A stretch of DNA of 62,907 nt, filler included, from Octopus bimaculoides (GCF_001194135.2; 7 parts of 7 records of this genome joined end to end with filler, not necessarily neighbours in it); one strand, 5' to 3'. Positions 11,289 to 23,662 are shown, counted from the first letter of the whole stretch. The notes: a model not told the origin generated them from the letters alone. Translations and numbers: made by a program.

Positions 11289-11949
11289 GGGAGAGTAGTA
11301 ATGTAAGAGTAATTGATAAAACTAGGAAATGACTCTGGGTCACAGATTTATTTCATGAGAAGGTTATAATCTACTATTAATAATAAAGCCAATGAATGGC
11401 CAGTGTATGCTCTCTCCACTTACTAGAAATAGCATCCAACTCTCACCCAAATAACACCTTGCATTATTAAAGGATGTATTGAATAATAGTTCTAGATACA
11501 AAATTTCTGAATACATAAATGTGGTATGGTTATGGATAAAATTATTTGATCAAATGTCTGCTTGACTGAGTCGGATGGATTAAACAACAGCATCAACAAC
11601 AACAATAATGGCAGCAGCTTAATATCCAAATGACCTATGAAAAAATAGATATGGATGAAATAAACGGAGAATAAATATCCAGGTTTGTTCATCTCGGAAT
11701 ATGAACATATATATATATATATATAAAATTCTGACTATAATAACTGATTTAGAAAATTAAGTTATTTCATATAGAATTAGAGATTTCATTAATATTTGCT
11801 GCTTTATCAATAAAAAAAAATAACAATCCTCTCAGGACCCATAAGGATCTATATTTTAATTCATATAACTGAAACATTGCATAGAAGAGAGAGATAGAAG
11901 TTTTTCCAGCTACTTAAATATAGATATGATGCGATGTCTATTGCTGGTA

Positions 11950-12600
11950 ATTCTCTCAGAAAAATCAATGTACATATTCTCAATGGCTTGCTAAACTGAT
12001 GCACATAGAATTAAGAAGTGCCACAAAATAACTGGAATAGATGTGATCTCATAACCTACAAGTCATAGTCCAAAACTCATTTATTCAGCCATGTAACCTC
12101 TTTATCCATTGTTGGTGTTTTAAAACAATTAGAATATCACAAGTCCACTGGCAAAAATAATCATAGAATAATGAAGGGGATAATAACAAATCTTCTTCAA
12201 ATAAATTTCATCATTGGTTTCAAATCTGATTTCTTATTTAGGTAAGCTTGTACAAGTCTGTCCAACACTATACATGTAGTTCAGTGTGTTTTGTATTGCC
12301 TTACCAAGAGAGGAGCAGAGGACCATCTTTCTAGGCCCTTGTGATTTAATTAATTGCAATCACCTTTCTCTGGTTTCTGCTTCATGTACCACTTGTTAGT
12401 TATGTAATATCCCATAATCCATTAGGTCATTGAAGTACTTCTGAAGAACTCTCAAGAATTCAATTTCATCTTCATTTGACCAGGGAAAAATCAGTTTGAC
12501 TGAAGCTATTCCTTTCCAAACTAACCACTTAAGGAAATAGTAATGGGAGGTTGATACATTTATGCATTTCCCAATCACATTAACTCTTTCAAAACTATAT
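11950..12600 (-). mobile_element. Heavily decayed R4-like (RLE) non-LTR retrotransposon C-terminal fragment
   Basis: Frameshifted TNKWYMKQKPEK (cf. NKWYEHKPEK) and EITSIPVI (cf. VTVIPVVIGALG). Confidence 0.4.
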
Positions 12601-12914
12601 CACAGTTAGCTAACTTGTTGCGTTCTTGTTCTCAAACTGACAACTTTCAATTTACAACACTCTCACACATTTTGTTCAACTTTATTGCATAAGCTTTTCT
12701 TCAATTGCCTAAATCTGGTCTGGAATTCTACATTATACTCTTATTGCTTTCCTGACACCAGTCATTGGATTATGGCCATATTGGGGCACCAAATTTAAAA
12801 ACTTTTTTAATTTATCATACTGACCCTAGTACTTATTTCAGTTTGGCATTATTTTATTGGTTTCTGTATATCAGCACTACCCTACTCGTGGCTCCATTCT
12901 TTTGATCCATAACC

Positions 12915-13150
12915 ACGTTAAAACAACTTCTGTTACCTCAGTGGCTAATTTAATGACTACTGATTCCTGTGATGCCCAGCGCTATATAAGCTCTGCAGAT
13001 GGACTGGCCTCCCAGTTAGGCTGATAGAGGGGATTATTTTTAAATGTAATTATGTGTATGACTTGATGTAAAGGGATGCAACTATATATACAGTTTTCAC
13101 CATCATACTAAAGCATATACACGAACACACACACTCATATACACATGTGT
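12915..13150 (+). repeat. Unclassified dispersed repeat family D (other copies 15722-15890 + and about 17290-17490 -)
   Basis: Shared core TAAGCTCTGC..GGACTGGCCTCCCAGTTAG..GAT..GGG.ATTATTTT. Confidence 0.75.
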
Positions 13151-13184
13151 GCGTCTCTGTGTATGTATATAAATATATTGTATT

Positions 13185-13395
13185 CTTTTCTACTCTAGGC
13201 ACAAGGCCCAAAATTTGGGGGGAGAAGACCAGTTGATTAGATTAACCCCAGTATGCAACTGGTACTTAATTTATCAACCCCAAAAGGATGGAAGGCAAAG
13301 TTGACCTCGACAGAATTTGAACTCAGAATGTAAAAGACAGAGATGAAATACCACTAAGTATTTTGCCTGGCATGCTAACATTTCTGCCAGCTCGC
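13185..13395 (-). mobile_element. SINE family B (3' half of the 5S-SINE chimera)
   Basis: Family B sequence from GCGAGCTGGCAGAAATG to CCTAGAGTAGAAAAG. Confidence 0.9.
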
Positions 13396-13417
13396 TTTCT
13401 TTTTTCTTTTTTTTTAT

Positions 13418-13531
13418 GCCTACAGCACTTAGGTTTTCCAAGTGGTCACCCATCTAAGTACTCACTAGACTGACATTGCTTAACTTCGGTGATCAAATGA
13501 GTACTAGTGCTTTCAAAATGATATGGCCATA
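13418..13531 (-). pseudogene. Near full-length 5S rRNA retrocopy followed by an A-rich linker
   Basis: Reverse complement TATGGCCATATCATTTTGAAAGCACTAGTACTCATTTGATCACCGAAGTTAGCAATGTCAGTCTAGTGAGTACTTAGATGGGTGACCACTTGGAAAACCTAAGTGCTGTAGGC aligns end to end with metazoan 5S; many substitutions; A-run instead of a T terminator. Confidence 0.9.
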
Positions 13532-13760
13532 ATATATTGTATTAATATGATAAAGAGAACAGAGATTTTTCACATCCATAGTTTTATTTAGCAGTTATAT
13601 ACAGCATCCTTTTCTGGACCTACACATTTCAACCACATCGACTGCACACTGTTGGATACAACGTGGTGTAATGGTTGGTGCAGGTTCATCTCTGCCGTTT
13701 CAAAGGGAAACTGAAGGAATCAGCAAACTGAATGAATAAAATGTTTATTTTAGGAGGTAT

Positions 13761-14027
13761 ATAATAATTAAAAAATAGATGCGCCCTTTTAAAGCTTAGC
13801 GAGACTCATGGGCCCAGTTTCCCGGTTTCAGTGGCGTACGTGTTCCCCAGCTGGACGGGACGCCAGTCCATCGCAGCATTACTCGTTTTTGCCAGCTGGG
13901 TGGACTGGAGCAACGTGAAATGAAGTGTTTTGCTCAAGAACACAACTCATCGCCTGGTCCAGGAATCGACACCACAATCTTACGATCATGATGCTGACAC
14001 CCTAACCACTAAGCCATGCACCTCCAC
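13761..14027 (-). mobile_element. SINE family C-related element with 11-bp TSD
   Basis: Head GTGGAGGTGCATGGCTTAGTGGTTAGGG; TTAGGAGGTAT at 13750-13760 and 14028-14038. Confidence 0.85.
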
Positions 14028-14279
14028 TTAGGAGGTATGTGTGCTACTATTAATAGTTGCAGGAATCTTGACTTAGGATTCACCTCTACTAAATGTGGTA
14101 GGTGAAATGAAACATAGTTCTAAAAACAGGTCATGGCTGGATCGAATGTTTTACTAGAATTTTACCATTCCACTCATTTCAAGGAGAATATTCTTAGTTT
14201 AGAGGTATTCAATCAATTTTGTTTTATTTTTTTTGTTCTTATTTTCACAATTGTTATTCTAATAAATTTTTATTATATA

Positions 14280-15060
14280 AAGGGTAATGTGTTTATTTGA
14301 ATTGTTTAAATGTAAATTTTCTTTAATGAAAGCATTTTGTACCATGTTCTTGTCATGTGTTTATTAGATTAAATTTAGAAGTGAAATTTGGTACATTTCC
14401 CCTATGCACAAGTCACACCTTTTACCCCCTATTCATAAAGTTTAGCCTTACTAATAATACCCCAACCAATTGAATATACTTTGTTACTATCTTTCAATGA
14501 CCAAACTAATTTACTAAGGCTAGTATAATTTTTTTCTCCCTATACTTGAAAGAACTTTCAGGGTTAGCTAGTCTTTGTTTAAGAAAACATGAGCTAGCAC
14601 CTATATAGAAATACTCTTTGTCTTTTTATGTAACTTTGCACCTGTTAACCACATTTTTAATCTTACCTTTGAAGTTTAAAGTACATCGTCTATTGCTTGT
14701 GCAATCACAAATATCAGCTCTTCTAATTCTATTATTATTTTCTATGTTCGTTTCATTAAGGGTAATCTCTAATTTATTTTACCTATTTTCCAGGTTAGTT
14801 CTTCCATTTCCATTGATGACATTCTGGGTACTGCACTTTCTAGTATTCTTCCCTTCTTAATCTCACATTTGAGTTAGTTATAGTTGCTTCCCTTTGAGTA
14901 GTGCTTCTGCTATAGCAATTTCTCATGCCCCTAGCTTGGTTAATTATATTAACATCATTACTAATTATTGCTAATCCATTATTTATATCCAGGTTACTGC
15001 CATCAGTATTCCCAAGGAAATTACTTAACTTTCTTGCGTTGTGTGCTACTATAACTTTGT
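14280..15060 (-). mobile_element. Decayed Penelope-like element, GIY-YIG endonuclease region
   Basis: CDCTSNRRCTLN..KIKNVVNRCKVT, YFYIGASS..LKQRLAN..SSFK, TSLSKLVWSLKD, CDLC read across frameshifts. Confidence 0.75.
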
Positions 15061-15190
15061 GAGGTTTCAGCTATTAGAAAATGCAAATCTAAATTTATGT
15101 CTATTAAGCATTTTAAAATATTTGCTATTTTTTGGAAAATATTTTTCCAATGGTGAGTAGAACAATTTGGGCATGCTGGAAAGCATTATA

Positions 15191-15366
15191 GGCACAGGAA
15201 TGGCTGTGTGGTAAATAGCTTGCTTACCAACCACATGGTTCCGGGTTCATTCCTACTGTGTGGCACCTTGGGCAAGTGTCTTCTACTATAGACTCGGGCT
15301 GACCAAAGCCTTGTGAGTGGATTTGGTAGACGGAAACTGAAAGAAGCTCTGTCGTATATATGTATG

Positions 15367-15397
<31 letters not shown>

Positions 15398-15402
15398 GTA
15401 TA

Positions 15403-15461
<59 letters not shown>

Positions 15462-15672
15462 ATGCATGTGTGTGTATATGTTTGTGTGTCTGTGTTTGTC
15501 CCCCCAACATTGCTGGTCATGTGTTTACGTGCCCGTAACTTAGCAGTTCGGCAAAAGAGAGCGATAGAATAAGTACTAGGCTTACAAGGAATAAGTCCTG
15601 GGGTCGATTTGCTCGACTAATGGTGGTGCTCCACCATGGCCACAGTCAAATGACTGAAACAAGTAAAAGAGT
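15191..15672 (+). mobile_element. SINE family A, full length (head, (TA)n, tail)
   Basis: Best copy in the window; ends CAAATGACTGAAACAAGTAAAAGAG. Confidence 0.9.
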
Positions 15673-16726
15673 CAAAATAAGTCCTGAGGCAAATTCTTTT
15701 GACATAAAAACCCCTTCAAGGCAGTAAGCTCTGCTGAGGGACTGGCCTCCCAGTTAGCTTGATGCTGGGAATTATTTTCAAATATAGCTATGTGCACGAC
15801 TTGAAGAGAAGGGTTGCAACTATACATGCAATTTCCACCAATATATTATAGCAAATACACAGACATGCACAATCTCATGCATACACACACAGACACAAAA
15901 ACATATGCATATCAATTTAATTATAGATATCGATAGATAGATATTTATACCCCACATGTACATATGATGAGCTTTTTCACAGTTTTCACTTACCAGTTAG
16001 ACACCCTTGTAGTTTTTGATTGTGCTCTTTGTACTCCAGGCTTAATTCCTATCAAGGTCAACTTTGACTTTCACCCTTTTAATATAACTAAAGCAAAGCA
16101 CTGGTTCAGGATGGTGAATTGGTAAAATTTCAAGAATGTCATTCAAGTCTCCTTTCTGTATTTATTCCGGCCTCTTGGGTTCTAAGTTCTGAGTTCTGAG
16201 GTGATAGGATTTGAGAGCATGGAGTTCAGCTTGTTGCAAATATCCTCTTTAGGTGTCTACTTTGAGGATAACTTCCACCACCCTCAGAAGCCCAGAAAAT
16301 ATAAAGTGCCATATACACCCATCTATCATCTCTAAGTAGTAAAATAAATAAATAAATAAATAAATAAATAAATCATCTGACTCATTGGTTGACTCAAGGC
16401 TGCAGTAAAAAAATCTTGCTTAAGGTGCTACACATTGCAATCAGACTTGGAATCATATGACTGTGATGACTGTTTTTGTTCATATTCCTATAATCTTTAT
16501 TATTTCAAACATGTGAGTTGACAAAGAAATAAATTAAAGAAAGAAAAAAGTGACATTTGCCAGTAATAATTTGGTGAATCAGGAAAATTGCTATTCAAAT
16601 CCTGTGCAGATCATTTAAACCACTTATTTCTTCAGCTACATAGCAGATCTCTTTCAACCAAGTTGAGTAGATGCTTTTTTTTTAATGCAGCTATTCATCT
16701 TTCTCTCTAAAGTGGCCATCCTTTAT

Positions 16727-17142
16727 CTTTAGTCTTTTACTTGTTTCAGTCATTTGACTGTGGCCATGTTGGGGCAACACTTTGAAGAAGTTTTAGTTAA
16801 ATTAATCAATTACAGTACTTATTTTTTTTAAAGTCTGGTACTTATTCTATTGGTCACTTTTACTGAACTTCTAAATAATGAGGATGTAAACACACTAACA
16901 TTGGTTGTCAATCAGTGGTGGGGTACAAACACAGACACAATGACACACACACACACGTACACATACACATACATACAAATGATAGGCTTCTTTCAGTTTC
17001 TGTCTACCAAATCCACTCACAAGGCTTTGGTGAGCTTGAGGCTATAGTAGGAGACACTTGCTGAAGGTTCCATGCAGTGGGACTGAACTCAGAGCCATGT
17101 GGTTTGAAAGCAAGCTTCTTACCATGTAGCCATGCCTGCACC
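16727..17142 (-). mobile_element. SINE family A
   Basis: Head and tail modules present. Confidence 0.85.
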
Positions 17143-17479
17143 ATATATACAGTTTTTAAAACACTGAATTTTGCATGACAGGCCTTAAAATATAAGACAG
17201 TATGCACATAATTTGACGGTCAGTCATAATTTGATTGAGTATCAATGTTTATACTGAAAATGATCAACAATTTTAATAGTGTACATCTACATATTTATCA
17301 TGCATTCAGTAAGGAATGGAAAAGCTATAATCTAGTTGTACTGAGTGTAATTATCCAATGAAAATAATTCCTTCCATTAGCCTAACTGAGAGACCAGTCA
17401 CTCAGTAGAGCTTACATAATGCTGGGCATCACAGGAACCAGTATTCATCAAATTAGCTACTGATGCAATGGAAGTTGTT

Positions 17480-17710
17480 TTAACCTTTTTAACATCCAGA
17501 TTTATCTATCAAAATTTAATGCTTATTTATTCATAATGTTTTGAATCAATCATACATTATCTTGAAGTTTAGGAATTTTAATGAAGTGATTGTTTATATT
17601 TAGAATGTCATTGTGTGATAAGTGTAACATACTACGTTCAGGCAGTTTGAAAGTAAAACGTGCAGAATATGTGGGCCAGATATGGCTAATATGAATGCTA
17701 ATGGGTTAAA
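17480..17710 (-). mobile_element. piggyBac-type MITE, decayed
   Basis: Ends GAATGCTAATGGG-TTAA; homologous to 19270-19489. Confidence 0.6.
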
Positions 17711-19269
17711 GTGGCTATGGATCAGGAGAATTGCACCATGGGTAGGGCAGTGCTGATGGAGAAAAGCAAAAATTTTATTTAATTCTAGTTGAGTCACTGT
17801 GGTAAAGCTGTTTGATTGCAGAATGATTCAAAATACCCTATGACTGTGAGTAACATTTCAAGTGTTGTGTCCATGTGCATCACAAGATGATGTATGCAAA
17901 AAAAACAAACAAATAATAATAACACAGAAAGAAAAAAACCAGTAAGTAAATATCAGAGCAGGTCATGAATATATTGCTTATTTCTAGATTTATTTTAACA
18001 TGTGATATTATAGCAAATATAGTGTAATATCATTGTCTCTTAAGATCAAGTACTTCAATTTCATGTCTTGAATTAGCTGACAGAGAAATCTTTTACATAG
18101 AACTTCATTCTATGATGGCAATTTTCAGAGGTATTATACATCTCACAAAGTGAACTGATGCAATTTAGAGCAAATTATTTTTATAGTAACACAATAAAAA
18201 CCTGCAGTAAACTATAGCACAATACCTGTGAGTTTTTAGGCCCAATATGTTATCCATTTAGCTATTTTGTCTAAACTAGCGTGTGGTATTATTACTTTAA
18301 AACTAACCTTGTATATTTCTTTTTGTATCTCAAGACACACAATTACTTTCTTGTCTTATTTGACACAGTGTCAGTTTTTGAAGTCTGTTGTCTGCAACAA
18401 TATCTCAGACTGTTATTTAAATGCTCTGCAGGATTACCAGAAAATATTCTCCACTATTCTAACAGATCTCAAGGGAACAACTACGCTTCATTCTTCCGGA
18501 TTTCTTGCAGTTTGTTTCAATCAAATACATAGATTGACAACAACAAAGAATAAGATATATCAGTCTGGTCGGTTGGGATTAGGGGAGTATGTTTGCATGT
18601 AAATAGTAACAAAAACAACCACAGTCATTGCTATCTTCCTCACCAAATCTACAACTGCTACCAACTTCCTTATCATTATCATCATTATGATCATCAACAG
18701 ACCGTCTTTCTCCCCCACCTTCTCCTTGCCCTTTCCCCCCACCACCTACTCCACCCCCACTTTTCTATCATCATCATTATCATTAGTTGCCATCCTTGTA
18801 TTCATCATCATCATCATCAACAACAACAAAAACAATAGCATTTTAGCTGCATCGGTACCATCTGGTTCACCAATAACTCAGTACATATAAGCAGTAGCAA
18901 CTGACCATAGATTTAAAACAAGAAAGAAGGTATCTGAGTTCAAATCGTGTATAGATGTCCGTATTAATCTTCCATGCATACTCCAACTGCAGCTGACAAA
19001 TACGAACACTAACTTTTCCGTTAACAATAGTTACATTTTAAAATGCAATGTTTTTGGTCTGGGAAAACAGAAAATTTTCTAGACAAGCACTGTTAATGGT
19101 GTTAAACCAAAACCATGAAACGTATTTCCTGATAAAAGTTTATGAAAATGGTGAGGAAGATGCCATTTATATATACATGTCATATGATTAATTTTATATA
19201 AAATATTCTACCAAATAGTCTACTTAATTAACATCACCTAATTGAGTACAAATGATGAAGCTAGCTTAA

Positions 19270-19489
19270 CCCTTTAGCATTCAAACTGGTCATATCCAGC
19301 CCAAATATTCTACTTATTTTATGTTCAAACTGGTTAGATCTGGCTTCTCGTACATACCCTACAATGTTATTCTAAAAATAAACAATCGCATCATCATAAT
19401 CTTGAAGCTTCAACATAATGCATGATTAACTCAAAATAATGTTAATAAATAAGCATTGCATTTGACAGAATAATCCAAATGCTGAAGGA
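19270..19489. mobile_element. piggyBac-type MITE 1
   Basis: TTAA|CCCTTTAGCATT ... AATGCTGAAGGA|TTAA. Confidence 0.85.
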
Positions 19490-19508
19490 TTAAAGCAAAT
19501 TCATTTAA

Positions 19509-19945
19509 CCCTTTTCTCACTGTTGTTCGGTTGATATACCTAATTTTGTTTCAATTAATTTTATAAATCAAGAAAATTTCAGTGAAACAACATTGTCATT
19601 ATTAACCCTTTAGCATTCAGATTACTCTGTCAAATGTAATGTTTATTTCTTCACATTGTTTTTAATTAATCATGTATTTATCTTATAGCATTCAGATTTT
19701 GATGATTTGATTATTTTTTTAGAGTGGCATTGTAAGGTAGGTGTGAGAGGTTGGATCTGCCCTGCTTAAAAATAAAGCAGGTAGGATATTTGGGTTGAAT
19801 ATGGCCAGTTTAAATGCCAGCAGTTTAATCTGGTGTTTGGAACCTAAATTAAAATGAAATTTCAATGGAAAGTCTTGAACTTAGATCACTTTAAGTTGAT
19901 AACATGCCTCTAAGGGCAGTCTCAGGCAGTTTGGTATCAAAAGAG
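19509..19945. mobile_element. piggyBac-type MITE 2 with a MITE 1 copy nested at an internal TTAA (19606-19824)
   Basis: TTAA|CCCTTTT ... CAAAAGAG|TTAA; the nested copy is bounded by TTAA at 19602-19605 and 19825-19828. Confidence 0.75.
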
Positions 19946-20133
19946 TTAAAGATAAAAGATTATGAAGATGAAGATGGAAGTATACCACATTATTTATTTC
20001 AAATATTTTACCAAATATTCTCCCAAAAATTCAATAAACTGCTTCCAGAAAGTCATATTCGAATTACACAGATTTTTTTTCTTTTCTACCACAGGTTTTT
20101 GACAAATGCTTCATGAAAGTTTTTACTTTAGAC

Positions 20134-20452
20134 CAGTGGTTCTCAACTAAGGTCCATATAAGATTTTTGGGAGTCCATGCCAGAAAGCTGCAAATTGGGG
20201 ATCCATTTTAGTATTTTAAGGGCTCCTGAAAAAATTATGCTTTAGATATATGTATTGCAGAAACAGTTAGGTTTCTTTCTTTAACATTTTACATAGTTCA
20301 ACCTACACAAGTTAATGTATGAAAAGCAAAACAGAAACTTTGAAAGTTTCTATAAAACTAGTTTTTAAACACTGAATGGCTTTGGGAGTTCACCAGAATA
20401 AAATAATAAAGAAAGAAGTCCATAGATAAAAAAAAATGGTTGAGGACCCCTG
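20134..20452. mobile_element. hAT/Charlie-type MITE
   Basis: TIRs CAGTGGTTCTCAAC / GTTGAGGACCCCTG; 8-bp flanks CTTTAGAC and GTTTTGAC (6/8 match). Confidence 0.8.
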
Positions 20453-21034
20453 GTTTTGACAAACAGCATTTCCTTAAGCTAGAAGTCTTAAAGTGTCTGT
20501 ATTTGATAACATAGTCCAGTGTACAATGTGTGTGAAAAAAGAAAAAAAAAAAAAACGATGGCCATTGTCCATGGTTAAAATGTGTTTGATTATAGGTGTG
20601 CTCTTTCATGGTTGACAAATTAAAAAACAAACCCTTATTGAACATAATACACACAAACCACACACAGATCAGTAAGTGTAAACAAGGTGTCCTTTTATAA
20701 TACAACAGATTTTCTCAAACATCCAGCAAAGACAGAATGAAAAACACAATATATCCAAGCAAATAAGAATGAGAGAAACAGACTTTACGACTTTACGAGA
20801 CAATTCCTAAGACACTTTGTAAAATGATTGTCCATTCAAATTTTATAATGATGAGTGATCAAGGAACCAATGAGAGAAAATTTATGACCATTTGCCTTGA
20901 TGGAAAATTTTCTAATTTCCTAAAAATCTCACCTTAGTCTCTTAAAAACAAAAGAGGCTTCATTGGATAGCATTGATCCACCTAGATAAACTGTCTGAAA
21001 AATGAGGAGATGGGATAATCCTTACTACAAAACC

Positions 21035-21615
21035 TTTATCTTTTATCTTGTTTCAGTCATTAGACTGTGACCATGCTGGGGCACCACCTTGAATTTTTAG
21101 TCAAATGAATCAACCCCAGCACTTATTTTTTTAAAGCCTGGTACTTATTCTATCATTCTCTTTTGCCAAACTGCTAAGTTATGGTCATATAAGCACATCA
21201 ACCCCAGTTGTCAATCAGTGATGTGTGACAAGCATTGATACAAAGACACACACAAACACGCACATATATATAGTCATTGTCTTCATCATTTAACATTCAT
21301 TATGCATGTTGGCATGGGTTGGACAGTGTGACAAGAACTGGCAAGCTGGGGAGCTGCATCAGAGACCAGTCTGATTTGGCATGGTTTCCATGGCTGGATG
21401 CACTTCCTAATGACAGCCACTTTACAGGGTGGGTGCTTTTATGTGGCAGTGCTCATATATACATATACGACAGACTTCTTCCTGTTTCTGTCTACCAAAT
21501 CAATTTACAAAGTTTTGGTTGGCCCAAGGCTTTAGTAGAAGACAAATTCCCAAAGTGCCACACGGTGGATCAGAACCTGGAACCATACAATTAGGAAGCA
21601 AGTTTCTTAACCTAA
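21035..21615 (-). mobile_element. SINE family A interrupted by an RTE-tail-type repeat (about 21272-21452)
   Basis: Tail module 21035-21260 and head module 21465-21615; the insert carries GGATGCACTTCCTAATGACAGCC. Confidence 0.75.
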
Positions 21616-23469
21616 CTGAAAAACAGCTGGAAAGATTTACTGTATTCTTGCTATATAATTGTTTTGATAGGTTTGAGTTTATTAAGATCATTAAAACATG
21701 TAACATGCTTTCACATTAGATGTCAATTTTATTTAACAATCACTAATGATTATATAAGTTGCAATAATTTTATATCATTGACTGTAGATAACATTTAGTT
21801 TGTTGTTTTATACAACTCATCTTACATTTGTCTTTAAAAAAGATGTTAACCTTTTTATTTCAGGAGCAAATTCAATTTACAGCTTAGTGATTTGAATAAA
21901 GAGAAATTATTATTTTGTTCCACTTAGTAATAGAAGTTTTTAGCAGGTTGGGCATTGAAGGGTTCATAAACTCTATATATTTTGTTTGCTGTGTTACCAT
22001 AAAAATATTGAATAAGCAGAGAATATCCTAACCCTTTAACCACTGCACAGAATCCTTTTCAAAGTTGTTAGGATCAAAAGATAAGGAGAAATCCCTCATA
22101 TCATATTTCTATATGCTATGAATAAAAGAAAAATAACAGCAACAAGATAAACAATAATAACAATGATTTAATATGCTTTAAATTTTAAATAGAAATCTGG
22201 ATCTGGTATTTTCAAACTTGCAAAGGCCTATACAAAATCTTGTAGATATTTTTAACTTCATTCAGAGAGCATATGAGCAAAAATTGATTGATTCATGGTT
22301 TTATCTAATATCAGAGCTTTTTACGAAAATCCTTTATAAGATGAATGCCTTGTTTATTGTAGCAAGAGAAAAATATCTTGTGAATGCATATGCAATAAAG
22401 CAATTTGAATAAATTAATGGATAGCTGAAGTTAATTTTGGATGTTTGATTTCTTCATGCTGGACTGCACACTTTAAAATACCTGCATTCATCATACAACT
22501 GTGCTGTATTCATCACGCTACTGTTTGCCTCAACATAGCATTATAAAATATAATTATGAGCAACATTAACTGAAAGAAAATCCTTGCTAGATGCATTAGT
22601 GACCATAAGCTTCCTCCTTCCCTTTGAGGAATACTATAACATCAAAAGCACAGTCTAAGACCAACTTTTTGCAATGTGGAATGTAACTTCTACTTTTACA
22701 ATAGTTATCTAGTGGAACCAAAGAGTTATAATCCAACAAAGAATTTCAATAGTTAGTTTAGACTTGCTTGAGGCAGTTATATCACTTTGAAGAGTTGGGA
22801 TTTGACAATCAATCACAATGAAGAATTCATATGGAGTCAAGTTGATAAATGCCAATAGTAGTGGAAGTGACCAGGGTTTCTTCCAAGACTCATAATCATG
22901 CATATTACACCACTAAAAGATTTTTAGTCACTACTTTTCATATATTACATCCTTATTCCAACAAAATATTTCTACAATGTCTGAGAATCAAAATAAAAAC
23001 ACAATGAAATAACTTCCTAGCAGTATTTAAGAAATATACATATCTATCTATCTGTCTGTCTAGTTATCTGTCTGTCTGTCTGTCTGTATGTATGTATGCA
23101 TGCATGTCTCTTCTATTTTTTAATTATTATAAATCTTCCACTGAGAAGGGAGCTAGTTTCCAACAGTCTGTCTGTCTGTATGCATGTGTGTGTGTATGCA
23201 TGTATGCATGCATGAATGTATGCATGTATAAATTTAATTTTTATATCAGCAATCTATATTAGATTTTCAAATTCTTCCTGTGTTAAAATAATTAGATTTC
23301 ATAATTTAAAAACAATTATTTTCATCTTTTTCAGTTGAACAACACAACTTCTTCAAATAAAACAGTTTTATATCTCCATGATAATACTTTATCAAATTCT
23401 ATATATGTATATATATGTAGATAGATAGAGATATATGCAAATATCTTCATGCCTGTATATGTAAACATA

Positions 23470-23662
23470 ACATCATCATCGTTTAACGTCTGCTTTCCTT
23501 GCTAACATGGGTTGGGCGATTTGACTGAGGACTGGCAAGCCAGAAGGCTGCACCAGGCTCCAATCTGATCTGGCAGAGTTTCTACAGCTGGATGCCCTTC
23601 CTAACACCAACCACTCCGAGAGAATGTTGTGGGTGCTTTTACGTGCCACCGGCACAAGGGCC
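23470..23662 (-). mobile_element. RTE-tail-type SINE or LINE 3' end with (GAT)n tail
   Basis: CATCATCATCGTTTAACGTC...GGATGCCCTTCCTAACACCAACC; a truncated plus-strand copy lies at about 28555-28600. Confidence 0.75.

Noticed and set aside
22218-22903. Short protein-like ORFs (DIFNFIQRAYEQKLID..; TCLRQLYHFEELGFD..)
   Set aside because: Lengths are within chance for AT-rich DNA, splice sites are weak and no motif is present.
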